From IMG/VR virus record IMGVR_UViG_3300023214_000389: DNA of 64,000 nucleotides; one strand, written 5' to 3'. A program made the position numbers and the translations under genes. Positions 10,657-20,199 of this stretch are shown one piece after another. Position 1 is the first letter of the stretch; the number at the start of each line of letters is the position of its first letter. The notes beneath the pieces are model-generated. The model searched no databases and had not been told where the DNA came from. It worked only from the letters and a program-made list of their open reading frames with translations. This DNA is from a virus (taxonomy: Duplodnaviria > Heunggongvirae > Uroviricota > Caudoviricetes).

Positions 10657-11340
10657 ATGCCAATTGACACATTTTTATCCACTGACCTTTTTGACAATCT
10701 TACGGACGAAGAAAGAATCAAAGTTCAGAGATTCCAAGTAGTAAGACCCATAGACCTTCCTAAATACTTTAACGCTGGGACCCAAAGCTTAGGAGAAGAG
10801 CCTCAAGAGACTATTTCTAGATCTTTTGAAGCGTTTTTGATACTCCAAGCTATTAAAAATCCGGATGTTCTATCAGATGCTAATATTTGGTTTAGCGAAG
10901 CAGCTACTCTCCAACTCCGAAGAGCAGACAGAGATGACCTCTTAGAAGAAGCATTTGAATTAGAAAAAAGAGATGCTTTAGCTAAAGTGCAAGAGATAAG
11001 AGGAAGAACAGAAAGATTCAATAGATTCAGATCTACATTCCAAACAATAGAAGTAGGGCCAAATTATGATCCCTTAAGTTACCCACCATCTAGATTTAGC
11101 GGTATACCGGAAATAGGTCTCATAATGAGAGATTCACAAGCAGCTATGGGTGAAATTGCTTTTGATCAGAGAAGAGAAGAGCATAGACTGGTAGAAACTG
11201 AGGTTTTGGATATAGATAGAATAACTAGAAGAAGGTCTCAAGATAGTGTCAGTGGAATTGCTGATGATAGAATTGCCGAGGAGCTTTTATCTTGGAGGGA
11301 TGTAATTTCTTCTATGCAGGCTAGAGTTACGGGAGCATAA
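10657..11340 (+). CDS. hypothetical baseplate-module protein
   Basis: 227-aa ORF in baseplate gene array. Confidence 0.3.
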   Translation: MPIDTFLSTDLFDNLTDEERIKVQRFQVVRPIDLPKYFNAGTQSLGEEPQETISRSFEAFLILQAIKNPDVLSDANIWFSEAATLQLRRADRDDLLEEAFELEKRDALAKVQEIRGRTERFNRFRSTFQTIEVGPNYDPLSYPPSRFSGIPEIGLIMRDSQAAMGEIAFDQRREEHRLVETEVLDIDRITRRRSQDSVSGIADDRIAEELLSWRDVISSMQARVTGA

Positions 11341-11341
11341 A

Positions 11342-11857
11342 ATGGCATCCACTTTTAGAATGGTTGATGGAGATTTGTTCTTTGACATTAATGGAAGATT
11401 AAATCAAATTGAAGGTTTTGACAAGGTTAGCCAAGATATTGCAGAGATACTATTAACGGAATTTGATCCAGATAGAGATTATGGAAGTGAGCTAGCTTTG
11501 ACCGATTCGTCGCCGGTGTTTAACGTATCAGAGGCTCAAGTATCTTCATACGTGCTTGATGCTGTGGAAAGACTTCGAAACCTGCAAAGAACTAACCCGA
11601 CAACAACTTTGCAGGAAGAAATAGCTTCAATTGATCAAATTCAAGTCTTTAAAAACGACCAAACAGAGGTAACGTTTGGGTTAGCTGTTACTACGTCAGC
11701 AGGGCCAAGAATTGAATCAGGGATAGCGTTAGCAACTAAGCCTGTTGCCCTTAATCATCTGCTACCCCCATCGAAGACTCAACAAGATCAAGAGTTTGAA
11801 AGAAAAATAAGTCGCAGAAGTGGCTCTATTACGGGAGAAATAAATAATGGCTCGTAG
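11342..11857 (+). CDS. baseplate wedge protein, gp25/GPW-like
   Basis: 171 aa; 'VSQDIAEILLTEFDPDRDYGSELAL' matches the GPW_gp25 core (I..IL.T..GER...P.FG); directly precedes a J-like gene as in P2/Mu/T4 baseplate operons. Confidence 0.5.
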   Translation: MASTFRMVDGDLFFDINGRLNQIEGFDKVSQDIAEILLTEFDPDRDYGSELALTDSSPVFNVSEAQVSSYVLDAVERLRNLQRTNPTTTLQEEIASIDQIQVFKNDQTEVTFGLAVTTSAGPRIESGIALATKPVALNHLLPPSKTQQDQEFERKISRRSGSITGEINNGS

Positions 11858-13247
11858 TATAGAAGATGTCACAGCTTCTATTCAGCAGTCTGTAGAAGCT
11901 TCTGACCCTACAATTGAATCCCGTAGTGGGCCAGTTTTTAATATAATGGTCCAGCCTGTGGCAAACGAAGTTGCTAGAATCGAGGCAGAGCAAGAACGAA
12001 TTGGGGCTCTGTATTCGTTACAGTTTCAAAATGTAGCTACATCAGAGGAAACTGAAGCTTTAGCCACTAATTTTGGAATACAAAGGGCGCCAGGAACCAG
12101 AGCTTCTACACCTGTGTTCTTTTTTAGATTTACAAGGCCCCAAGAACCTGCTTTAGTTCGTCGCGGATCTCTTATCAGTAATCTAGACGGTACTCTTCAA
12201 TATATAGTGCAGGAAGACGCCGTAATTGATCCAGATAATGCTGATGCATTTTTTAACGCTGCTAGAAGAACGTATGAGGTTCAAGTAAACGCAGAAGCTG
12301 TTTCTCCGGGAGGGAGATATAATGTACCTGCGTTTAGAATCCAAACTTTGGTCACACCCAATACAGATTTTGACGGTGTTGAAAATAGAGCACCAGTAGA
12401 TGGTGGGTCAGAAGAGGAAACGCAAGCACAAGAAGTTACCAGAATTAGAGAAAGGTTCTCTGGGCTGAACACTGGTTCTGTAGATGGAGTCAAGTTTATA
12501 GCTTCGAACTCTTTTCCGGAATTCATAAGAGATGTTGCCGTTATTCAGCCAAGTAGCACTTTATTTAAGAGAACACCGAGTACACCTGCTATAGATATTT
12601 ACATAGCAGGAAGCAATGTTGAAGCGGTTAGACAAAACTATGTCGCTTTAGGTGGAGAAGACACTATAGTAATAGCCAGCCCCCCGTCTATTGCTTCTTC
12701 CTTATCATTAAGTATAAATGGGGTTATGACATCTAATGCTTCCATAGTGAATGATTCTGGAGTATTAGCGGGAAGCATAAGAGCAACCGACACAGTGCAT
12801 TTACAAAGCCCTCTTTCTGCCGGAGATGTGGTAACTTTTGCTTATACCTTCAATAGATTGGTCTTAGACGTACAAAATGAGTATGAGCCAACAAACATTG
12901 GAGACTCTCTGCTGTTTGGGACTGATATACTGGTTTATGAGGCTAAACAGGCTCCCATTACAATTCAAATGTCTATAAGAGTTGCTTCATCTTTTGATGT
13001 CCCGAGAACTACAGATCAGGTACAAAATGTAACGTTGGATTACATAGAAAGAAATGAATTTGGGGCCATACTTTTCCCAGAAGAGCTTAGAACAAACATT
13101 TTGACATCAGTTCAAGGTGTTACTTCACTAGATCTAAATCAGTTTAGAAGGACAGATAAATCGTCTAGAGATGTAGAAATCATAGAGATAGATGATAATG
13201 AAATATCAGTTATTGATGATGCTGCCTTTCAACTGAACGTCAGATAA
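11847..13247 (+). CDS. baseplate J-like protein (gp6 / gpJ family)
   Basis: 466 aa; N-terminal region and size typical of Baseplate_J family; gene order gp25-like then J-like then large protein. Confidence 0.5.
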   Translation: MARSIEDVTASIQQSVEASDPTIESRSGPVFNIMVQPVANEVARIEAEQERIGALYSLQFQNVATSEETEALATNFGIQRAPGTRASTPVFFFRFTRPQEPALVRRGSLISNLDGTLQYIVQEDAVIDPDNADAFFNAARRTYEVQVNAEAVSPGGRYNVPAFRIQTLVTPNTDFDGVENRAPVDGGSEEETQAQEVTRIRERFSGLNTGSVDGVKFIASNSFPEFIRDVAVIQPSSTLFKRTPSTPAIDIYIAGSNVEAVRQNYVALGGEDTIVIASPPSIASSLSLSINGVMTSNASIVNDSGVLAGSIRATDTVHLQSPLSAGDVVTFAYTFNRLVLDVQNEYEPTNIGDSLLFGTDILVYEAKQAPITIQMSIRVASSFDVPRTTDQVQNVTLDYIERNEFGAILFPEELRTNILTSVQGVTSLDLNQFRRTDKSSRDVEIIEIDDNEISVIDDAAFQLNVR

Positions 13248-13248
13248 A

Positions 13249-16200
13249 ATGTCAATTTCAATAGAACTACAAGAACAGGTATATCAAGAAAACCTCGATA
13301 ATCTATTGAGGGGAAGTAATAGCCCAACTTTGGGGTCTTACAAAGGTGTTCCTCGTGGGAATTTTACTCATTTGGACGGCCCTATAACACAATTTTCTGT
13401 CATAGAAACCCCATTCAAAATTGTAACAGATAGCCCTGGGGAAATACACACAATAAGATCTGAATTAATCAGTAACGCTACAGAAGCAAATATCTTAGCT
13501 ATTAGGAATAGGGTCACTGAAAAGACTTTTGTACCTGTAAACAACGTAGTAACAGTTACAGTACCTCTTCTAAAAGGTGAGAATCAAATAACGATTAGCA
13601 CAGTTAATGACAGGTCATTCACTTCCGTTATTGCAACACATTTTGGAACATTTTTAACTACTTATGCTCGTGAAATATTTAATAGTACACAGAATCCTCT
13701 TAATGAGCAAAATCGTGCATTGTTTAGTAATTTTTCATCTAGGATCACAGAAACACTGATCCCGTTTCAAGACCTGTATGCAGATCCAAAGTCTCTCAGA
13801 ACACTAATCAGTAGATTTGTAACCAGAGCTTACATGACAAAGAATGGATCTACCGATGGGGTTCGAGATTTTACAGCAGCTTTACTAGGTACCACGCCCA
13901 TCTTTATTCCAACTAAAACAGATCAAAACCTGTTCGAGCCTGATGTAGTTCCTCTCTTTAAGAGTCAACTAGAATTTGGAGGTTATGAAGCTCATACGTG
14001 GATTCCAAATTTTGAAATAACACATTGGTTAGCTTTTTTGAGATTGATAAACAGCTCCAGACACTTTTACTCTATAGAGGAAGTCGGAGAGAATGAAATA
14101 CTAGTAAACGCCAACGGATTTCCTGAGATTCATAGATTCGATTTTGATGACCCTACGTCTACTGCGTATAGCGAATTCAATTTTACAGAGTTTAGAATAG
14201 TAGTGGAGGTGCTAACCAAACTAAATATTAGGTTCTGTGCAGTTGGGTATCCTTTTGATTTATTTGTATCGGAAAGCAACCCGTTAGGGACTAAAAGAAT
14301 AGCTCTAGATTCAAATATTCCTCTAGATTCTGGGGAAGCTTTTGATGCCCCTTCGATAGACCCAGGGGACGATGGGTGGATAGGTTTAACCCTATCTGGT
14401 AGATTTGAGGATTTTTCTTTGAACCACAACCCTATTCAATTAGCCTTGGATTCCTTGTTCATAACCCCTTCTTTTGAATCCGGGTTACCAGACTGTGTGT
14501 ACGAAGGATTCTTTACACAACAAATATCTACCTTAAGTGGAGAGATAGATATAAATTCTGAGTTTGATAGTGAGGGTAGCTTATCCAGTGAACTAGAAGA
14601 ACAAACTATAGAGAGTTTCGAAGTTGATACCACAATTGAAGATTTCAGCAATATATCGGACTGGTCAATTACTGGATCCTCACCCGGAACAATAGAAAGT
14701 AGCGATGAAATAGTTATTGCGGGGACATCTTCAATTAAACACGTACAACCGGCAGGAAGTGGTTCCTTCCCTATTATTATCAAATCCTACAATACCCCCA
14801 TTGATCTTTCTGAGGCAGGTGGAAAGATATTGTACTTCACAGTTTACCTAGGTAATCAAGCAATACCAGAATCCATAGAGGGTATTCCCTCACATCCGGG
14901 GAATTTATGGTATCTTAATATTGCTCTAGTTGACGGGGATGGAAACCAAAGAAGCTACTCATACTACAAAGAAGATTTGAAAAAAGGATTAAACATACTC
15001 CCAATAATGTTGGAGTACCCATCTAGTGTATCTGCTAACGGTGAGGATTGGGACATTTCCTCTATATCGGAAATACGTATAAGCCCTAGACCGGTTCCAA
15101 ATCATGCAGGATGGAATGATATTTATTTAGGTCGTCTTCATTTGCTGCACCCTCAAGCTTACTTCAGGCCAGCAAGAGCAAAAATAGAATTTGAAGACAT
15201 AGATAACATAGCTCCTGATTCTCTTTTGGGAAGTGAACTAGTTTTTACTGATAGATTTGGAAACACTCAAACATTCAAAGGAGACGATTCCTACAATACT
15301 TTGGATAAACAAGCAGGATTCGCAGACACAGAAACAGTGTATTTTCCTGGGTTGTACAAAATACAATCCACAAGTGGAATAGGAACAGAAGGTTTTAACC
15401 GATATATCACAGCTCTTAATCTACAAAGAGAGATGGGAAGACAATTACACGAAAAATCTAACGTAATTGCTGCCCCACAACAAATAGTAGGGCTCCCGGA
15501 TACCGATGAAGAAGTTTTTGTAAATATATTTAGCAAGCAATTTTCACCCACGGGTAATAAAAGAACTATAAATCTTGTTAATCCTAATCCCTATTCAGAT
15601 CTTATAGACTTTACAGGGTTTTCAGGAGGAACATTAGGTTTTAGTGAAAGGCTTCTAGGGATCCCTGGATCAGCCCTAGCGCAGCAATTCACTTCCGCCG
15701 GACCCCTGACAGCTAGGTTCTTAGAAATATTCTTGTATAGAGTTGGAGACCCTGTTGGAAGCATAACAGCTTCTATTCATGAGGACGATTCTGGAAAGCC
15801 CGGAACACTTTTGGAAAGAGCAGAAAACGTTATTGCCAGAAATATCACAGACGGAATACCCGGATATACGCTATTTAGACTTCTAGATGATATAAATCTA
15901 TCAGCGGCTACAGATTATTGGATTGTAGTTTCTGGTAATCCTGAATATTTTGAAGGTATAAATTTTTTTGAATCAGATTTCGATGAGCCCTTTCCATCCG
16001 ATACTAGTGGTTCTTCTTTTAGTTCAACATTCAACAATCCAAAGTTCGTATGGGTTCCAAAAGAAGGAAACCCCGCGGGAAGTAACTCCGGTATCATAAA
16101 TGGATCAGACAATTTAAGACTCGAATGGATGACTGGGCATTCCGGTGTAATACAATCTAGACTTTTGCCATTAATTACTTTTTCGGAATTCGAATTAGAA

Positions 16201-16653
16201 ATCCAATACAGTAATCTAGTCGCGTCGAACAATACTGGCCCGTTTGTTTCCCCTGACTCAACAGTATTAGTTGGTTTATCGTGGTATGATACAAATGATC
16301 AATTCATGAACACTGTTGGTTTAACATTTTTACCTGCGGGGAATCCATCCCCAGCAATTATAGATTTATCAGTGGTCGGTGCTCCCCCGATAGGAGCTGT
16401 TGGGTTTAGAATAGACTTTTTAAGCGTTGATCCTGATGGGGCGGCTACTTTCGAAGGGCTAGAAATTAGAAGAAAAGGGGATGTACTAAAGGGTGCTGAC
16501 GCAAAAGATCATGTAGTTTGGGCCAAACAAAGCGGGGGCTATCCCAACCCTAGAGCGTCTACCAATTCTGGCTTGTCTTTTTCTGGGGCAAATGGATTCT
16601 GGTCCATTGAATCCGGTGAGCATCATTATTTCAAAATCATAGGAGCTTCCTAA
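13249..16653 (+). CDS. large baseplate wedge / fiber-attachment protein (gpI position)
   Basis: 1134-aa ORF immediately following J-like gene; no recognisable enzymatic motif. Confidence 0.35.
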   Translation: MSISIELQEQVYQENLDNLLRGSNSPTLGSYKGVPRGNFTHLDGPITQFSVIETPFKIVTDSPGEIHTIRSELISNATEANILAIRNRVTEKTFVPVNNVVTVTVPLLKGENQITISTVNDRSFTSVIATHFGTFLTTYAREIFNSTQNPLNEQNRALFSNFSSRITETLIPFQDLYADPKSLRTLISRFVTRAYMTKNGSTDGVRDFTAALLGTTPIFIPTKTDQNLFEPDVVPLFKSQLEFGGYEAHTWIPNFEITHWLAFLRLINSSRHFYSIEEVGENEILVNANGFPEIHRFDFDDPTSTAYSEFNFTEFRIVVEVLTKLNIRFCAVGYPFDLFVSESNPLGTKRIALDSNIPLDSGEAFDAPSIDPGDDGWIGLTLSGRFEDFSLNHNPIQLALDSLFITPSFESGLPDCVYEGFFTQQISTLSGEIDINSEFDSEGSLSSELEEQTIESFEVDTTIEDFSNISDWSITGSSPGTIESSDEIVIAGTSSIKHVQPAGSGSFPIIIKSYNTPIDLSEAGGKILYFTVYLGNQAIPESIEGIPSHPGNLWYLNIALVDGDGNQRSYSYYKEDLKKGLNILPIMLEYPSSVSANGEDWDISSISEIRISPRPVPNHAGWNDIYLGRLHLLHPQAYFRPARAKIEFEDIDNIAPDSLLGSELVFTDRFGNTQTFKGDDSYNTLDKQAGFADTETVYFPGLYKIQSTSGIGTEGFNRYITALNLQREMGRQLHEKSNVIAAPQQIVGLPDTDEEVFVNIFSKQFSPTGNKRTINLVNPNPYSDLIDFTGFSGGTLGFSERLLGIPGSALAQQFTSAGPLTARFLEIFLYRVGDPVGSITASIHEDDSGKPGTLLERAENVIARNITDGIPGYTLFRLLDDINLSAATDYWIVVSGNPEYFEGINFFESDFDEPFPSDTSGSSFSSTFNNPKFVWVPKEGNPAGSNSGIINGSDNLRLEWMTGHSGVIQSRLLPLITFSEFELEIQYSNLVASNNTGPFVSPDSTVLVGLSWYDTNDQFMNTVGLTFLPAGNPSPAIIDLSVVGAPPIGAVGFRIDFLSVDPDGAATFEGLEIRRKGDVLKGADAKDHVVWAKQSGGYPNPRASTNSGLSFSGANGFWSIESGEHHYFKIIGAS

Positions 16654-16673
16654 AAGGACGTTATCTCTTAAAG

Positions 16674-16988
16674 GTGAGCTTTATAGGGCCAAACAGGGAG
16701 GGAAACGTGCGACTTTTCGTACTAGATACAGAGTATAAAGCAGTAATGGGTCAACAAACTCGTTTTTATTCCCTAGACGAGGCCATTGAAGCTGCTAGCA
16801 AATATACCAAGGTCAGGAATAGACCTTTAAAGGTATGGGAATATCGTGAAGGTGTTCGAGCTTTGGCTGGTTGTGTTTTGCCAGATGGAACCCTAGTTAA
16901 ACCCCCAAAAGAAATCATTTCTGTAGTGGAAGCTCTAGTAGAGCGGGGGCATGAGGATCTTGCTGACGATTTGCTAAACCAAAAGTAG
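16674..16988 (+). CDS. hypothetical protein
   Basis: 104-aa ORF. Confidence 0.3.
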   Translation: MSFIGPNREGNVRLFVLDTEYKAVMGQQTRFYSLDEAIEAASKYTKVRNRPLKVWEYREGVRALAGCVLPDGTLVKPPKEIISVVEALVERGHEDLADDLLNQK

Positions 16989-17003
16989 CATTAGGAGTAA
17001 AAG

Positions 17004-17441
17004 ATGGCAATTACTATTAGCGCTGCGATTACAGATCGTGGTCGCGCCGCATTTGCAGACCAAACAGTTAAAGGCACCTCTTTTATTGTAAATCAATTTG
17101 AAGTAGGTAACGGTGGTCACGACGTTGGAAATCCTATTGTTGCTCTTACACCTGACACATCCTTAGCAGATCTTCCTGGCGTTACTTTTGGGCCCGAGCC
17201 TATCGATGAGTCGGGTCTTCCTAACGATCTATTTACACCTGAATTCCTCTGTGCTCTGCAACAAAATGAGGCTGTTGGAGAACTTTCCAATATAGGTCTC
17301 ATTGCTACCTATACGGATAGCGCTGAAAACGTAGCTGACGGTGTAGCTGGAACTCAATTTTTGTTCGCTATCGGTAATTTCCCGCTAAGAGTCAAAGTAG
17401 ACACAGAAGTAGTAGAATTTTTAGTATCAATTATATTCTAA
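17004..17441 (+). CDS. small protein with tail-fiber N-terminal-like domain
   Basis: 145 aa; 'ITDRGRAAFADQTVKGTSFIVNQFEVGNGGHD' resembles conserved N-terminus of P2 gpH / Mu-type tail fibers (ITnaG.aa.a....G..i.i..iavGdG). Confidence 0.3.
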   Translation: MAITISAAITDRGRAAFADQTVKGTSFIVNQFEVGNGGHDVGNPIVALTPDTSLADLPGVTFGPEPIDESGLPNDLFTPEFLCALQQNEAVGELSNIGLIATYTDSAENVADGVAGTQFLFAIGNFPLRVKVDTEVVEFLVSIIF

Positions 17442-17451
17442 GGGGGAAACT

Positions 17452-20199
17452 TTGGCTCTTAGACCGCTTTTACGGTTTCAAAACGCAGACAGCACTAAGG
17501 ATCTAAATGATAGATTCTTAGTTTTTAATAAAGGTGTTTTTTCTGGGGGAGATGTTCAACCAGTTCCTGCTAGTTTGACTGTCAGACTTACTAGATTTGC
17601 TGCTGTGGGCGCTGACGGAATGTTTGTCCGCGAAGATGACGAAGAAAATATACTTTCAGTAGTAGACGGTGAAAAGAATTACATTGTTCTTCGTTCTCGA
17701 TATTTAAATAACTCAGAACCAATAGTTTCTATAGAATCTCTTATCGAGTCCGATTATCTTAGTGACTCAGAGCTTCAATACCTGATATTGTTTGCCGTAG
17801 TAGACGTACCTGCGTCCTCTGTAGCTGTTACACAGAGTATGATAGACTACACGGATCGAGACGAAGTTGATCCTCTAGGACGCTTAACTTTTAGAGGCAG
17901 AGTTACTAATACCGGGGCACTTCCGTTACCCAGCTCCAATATTTCTCGACCCGGTGATTTTTACGTTGTTACAGACGGAGTAGGCGATTTTCCAGAAATA
18001 TGGGCATTTAACGGGGTTGAATTCAAAAACATTACTCAAGCCCAGACTATGATAAGTCTTCTAAATGATCACATTAATAATCTAACTAATAATAGAAAGC
18101 ATCTAACTAATCTACAATTCGAGGCTGTGTTAGGGACCACAGGAACTCCCAGTGATGGCAATAGATTCGTTACCAATCTAGACGCTCGTGTTCCTTCCCA
18201 AAATGAAAATGATGCTCTCCAACCAGATCCTACGAATCTATCTGGGGGAGTTCCTCCAAGCGACTCTAACCGTTTCGTTGCTGCTTCAAAGGTATTCGCT
18301 ATTCCTGCTGAAAAGGCGTTTAACGGGAATGCCACTATAGAACTTACTGATGCTGATGGCCCTATTTACGTAGGTGAGGGAGGACCCTCAACAGCTCAAG
18401 TATATTTTAACATTATGATGAGTGACACAACCGGAGAAAATTCGGATAAGGAATTAATCAATAGTCAATTCCAAAGTGTCAGAGTCACTGGAGTATTTAC
18501 AGAGGCTAGCTTAACTAACGAGCTTAACCCGGCAGCTAATGGTCAAGTTGACGGACTAGGGTTTTTCTCAGGAGGATCTCTGTTTTTAGAGGTAAGCGAT
18601 AAAGAAGCAACTCGACAAGCTGATGTCAACTTTAGAATTGTTTACGCTAAAAGAACGTCTTTGGGTGATCTTCTACCAGAATCTTTCATTAAGAGAGGGC
18701 CACAATTTGGTCAAGTAGACCATCGTGTTAACAAGCTTTTATCTGCGAATGTTAATGCACAGTTTCCAGATTCTATATGGGATGCAGGAACCTCTCCGGG
18801 TGACGTAATAGCTTTTAACGGATCTCAATTTGTTCAACATAACATTGGATTAGGTCTGTTCCCTGTAGGAGTTAGGGGAAATTCTAATAATTTGATAATG
18901 GAAGGTCTTTATATATTTCCCGCACCGACTACTTTTGGGGCAGGGAATGCAGTTTACGCCAGTAGCACTTCTCCGGGTGCCTTGTCAACTTCATCCAATG
19001 ATAGGTTTATAGGAACTTTTATTTCTGATACTCAGTTACTTGTGAATATGAATGGGATTGGCATTTCTCCTTCGTCTTTTGTTCCCGGAATTTCTTTCCC
19101 TGCCAGTATGTTCGATGCAGCACTTCTTCCTGGCGAAGTTTGTGCATTTAACAATGTTACTTCTGAATTTGAAAGATGGGATTTTTCTAACCCCACAAGT
19201 TCTACTCCTTGGCCTTTGGGAATTCGAGGAAATAGCAATAACGTTATACAAGTTGGACTTTACACCGCCCCCGGCAACATATATGTGCAAGGAGTCCCAC
19301 ACTACGCCAGCACTTCTGTAGACGGGCAAATAACAACAGCAGCTAACGATTATCTAGTTGGGCACGCTTTGTCTCCTACTTCCTTAATGGTTAACATGAT
19401 AGGACAACCAAATTGGACTGGAGCAAGACAAGCATTTAGTGCTGAGCACAGTGATTCCAGTGGGGCTCATTCCGAGGGATCTGCTAGAACTTTTGTTGGG
19501 GTTTCTTCTGAAGCAGGTTCCGCAACTTCCGGAAGCCTTGCATCGTCTACTGGTATGGTGTTATTCGCTACAGATACTGGGCAAGTGTTCTTATGTACAG
19601 ATGGATCAGCAGATACATGGGTGGAAATCAGCAGGTTTTCTGGACCTCTAGAAATTACCAACAGTTTAACAGTTAACGGAAATTTACGACTTCCTACCGG
19701 CATAATTGATGATACAAGCGGAGATACCTTTAACGTGTTTTCGCATGCTGCTAGACATCTTGCCGGAGGAGAAGACCCTATATCTGGAGTTATAGGACAA
19801 CTTCATTTAGATTTAGATAACGGAACTCAAGCTTTAAATAGCATAATAACAAATTTGTCAGCTCATATGTCTGTGAATTTTGATTTCACAGGTAGGTCAT
19901 CTTTTTCCAGAATTGTGTGGATGGCTGTCGCTAATGTATCAAAAACTGGTGCAGCAGGTTCTCGAACTTATAGAGCTTCTACATTCATTGATGGAGCAGT
20001 CCAATCCGGTCCTTACACATCCGAGATTAACGAAATAGAATTGGCTAACGAAGAAGAAAACGGACAAGTAATTGTAATCGGGTCTAGAAGTAACTTAACC
20101 GCTGGACCACATACTTTGGATATTCGAATGGCATCTGATGGAAGTGATGCCTCTACTCAAGACAGAATTCTTATAGTTCTTGACCTTGGACCTAACTAA
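17452..20199 (+). CDS. tail fiber protein (paralog A)
   Basis: 915 aa, TTG start preceded by AGGGGGAAA; N-terminal ~100 aa clearly homologous to next gene; internal repeated 'PLGIRGNSNNVIQVGLY'-type segments. Confidence 0.5.
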   Translation: MALRPLLRFQNADSTKDLNDRFLVFNKGVFSGGDVQPVPASLTVRLTRFAAVGADGMFVREDDEENILSVVDGEKNYIVLRSRYLNNSEPIVSIESLIESDYLSDSELQYLILFAVVDVPASSVAVTQSMIDYTDRDEVDPLGRLTFRGRVTNTGALPLPSSNISRPGDFYVVTDGVGDFPEIWAFNGVEFKNITQAQTMISLLNDHINNLTNNRKHLTNLQFEAVLGTTGTPSDGNRFVTNLDARVPSQNENDALQPDPTNLSGGVPPSDSNRFVAASKVFAIPAEKAFNGNATIELTDADGPIYVGEGGPSTAQVYFNIMMSDTTGENSDKELINSQFQSVRVTGVFTEASLTNELNPAANGQVDGLGFFSGGSLFLEVSDKEATRQADVNFRIVYAKRTSLGDLLPESFIKRGPQFGQVDHRVNKLLSANVNAQFPDSIWDAGTSPGDVIAFNGSQFVQHNIGLGLFPVGVRGNSNNLIMEGLYIFPAPTTFGAGNAVYASSTSPGALSTSSNDRFIGTFISDTQLLVNMNGIGISPSSFVPGISFPASMFDAALLPGEVCAFNNVTSEFERWDFSNPTSSTPWPLGIRGNSNNVIQVGLYTAPGNIYVQGVPHYASTSVDGQITTAANDYLVGHALSPTSLMVNMIGQPNWTGARQAFSAEHSDSSGAHSEGSARTFVGVSSEAGSATSGSLASSTGMVLFATDTGQVFLCTDGSADTWVEISRFSGPLEITNSLTVNGNLRLPTGIIDDTSGDTFNVFSHAARHLAGGEDPISGVIGQLHLDLDNGTQALNSIITNLSAHMSVNFDFTGRSSFSRIVWMAVANVSKTGAAGSRTYRASTFIDGAVQSGPYTSEINEIELANEEENGQVIVIGSRSNLTAGPHTLDIRMASDGSDASTQDRILIVLDLGPN